Origin: Bigelowiella natans CCMP2755
Taxonomy: Eukaryota; Protista; Cercozoa
Length of the DNA stretch: 64,000 nucleotides
Assembly (NCBI GenBank): GCA_000320545.1
Contig: ADNK01000171.1
Location: forward strand, 6,446-70,445
Direction: 5' to 3'
The notes under the pieces are model-generated. The model had not been told where the DNA came from and searched no databases. It saw nothing but the letters and a program-made list of their open reading frames with translations. Shown in pieces: positions 63,586-64,000 of this stretch. Within the stretch, counting starts at the first letter, position 1; the number at the start of each line of letters is the position of its first letter. The translations under genes were made by a program, and so were the position numbers.

Positions 63586-64000
63586 CCCCCCCTCCCTTCC
63601 TCATCCATATTATCATATTAGCCTCATACCCCCTCGAGAGAATATCCTAGCCGCTCGATCTGCGCCCCAGCTTGCTCCAGCATCTGCACGTGGTGCTCTC
63701 GCTGTCAGCACCAACAGACCAAAGCAAGGCAAACAACAACCAGCGCGCTATGTTTCGGGTAGGATTTGACGGGCAGGCTCGGAGAGCATTGAAATAAAAA
63801 AACAAAACAAAAACGGAGAGAGATAGAGAGCGGGGGGGGGGGGTGAAGGAGAAAATGGCTGGAGGAAAATGGACACGGGTTGCTTTGTCCCTCTAACGTC
63901 CGCGAGGCAAGGCAGAATTGGATCGTGGGGAGGTAAAATAATAAGACAATGATGACTTTTCTTCCAGCCACGTATGATTTGCAGTACTTTTTGCTGCATG
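63207..64000 (-). CDS. 3' part of an unidentified gene extending beyond the window
   Basis: Terminal exon-like VGLWIDKAVKGFLADMWSSVLERISGDECILMAIFTC..* with upstream exon-like segments and microsatellite introns. Confidence 0.4.

Overview
Gene-dense, intron-rich eukaryotic nuclear DNA. Short GT-AG introns, microsatellite-filled introns and signal+transit-like leaders suggest a secondary-plastid alga such as a chlorarachniophyte (inference only). I spliced exons by hand, so outer coordinates are better supported than internal ones. Recognisable genes, in order: a secreted histidine-brace LPMO-like protein (-, runs off the left edge), an NPAT-like LisH protein, an unidentified membrane protein, RBBP9 hydrolase, RAD52, ATG3, MND1, an EamA/WAT1 transporter, FANCJ/BRIP1 helicase, a small Cys-rich protein, a cytochrome P450, two PH-domain genes, an intronless phosphopantetheine adenylyltransferase, a TBC1D19-like protein, a FUN14 protein, an unidentified multi-exon gene, an Sfi1-repeat-like gene and a partial gene at the right edge. 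The most unusual locus is ~51000-53063. It contains a base-paired leader with a tRNA-like cloverleaf abutting a ~210-nt domain closed by a 12-bp helix, then two mini-ORFs chained to the main ORF by ATGA stop/start overlaps. These are followed by an intronless 467-aa ORF with MLLE(PABC)-like and S1 domains and a 95-bp tandem duplication of its 3' end. It looks like an RNA-structured, possibly mobile translation cassette. Intergenic spacers repeatedly carry (CTAG)n palindromes.
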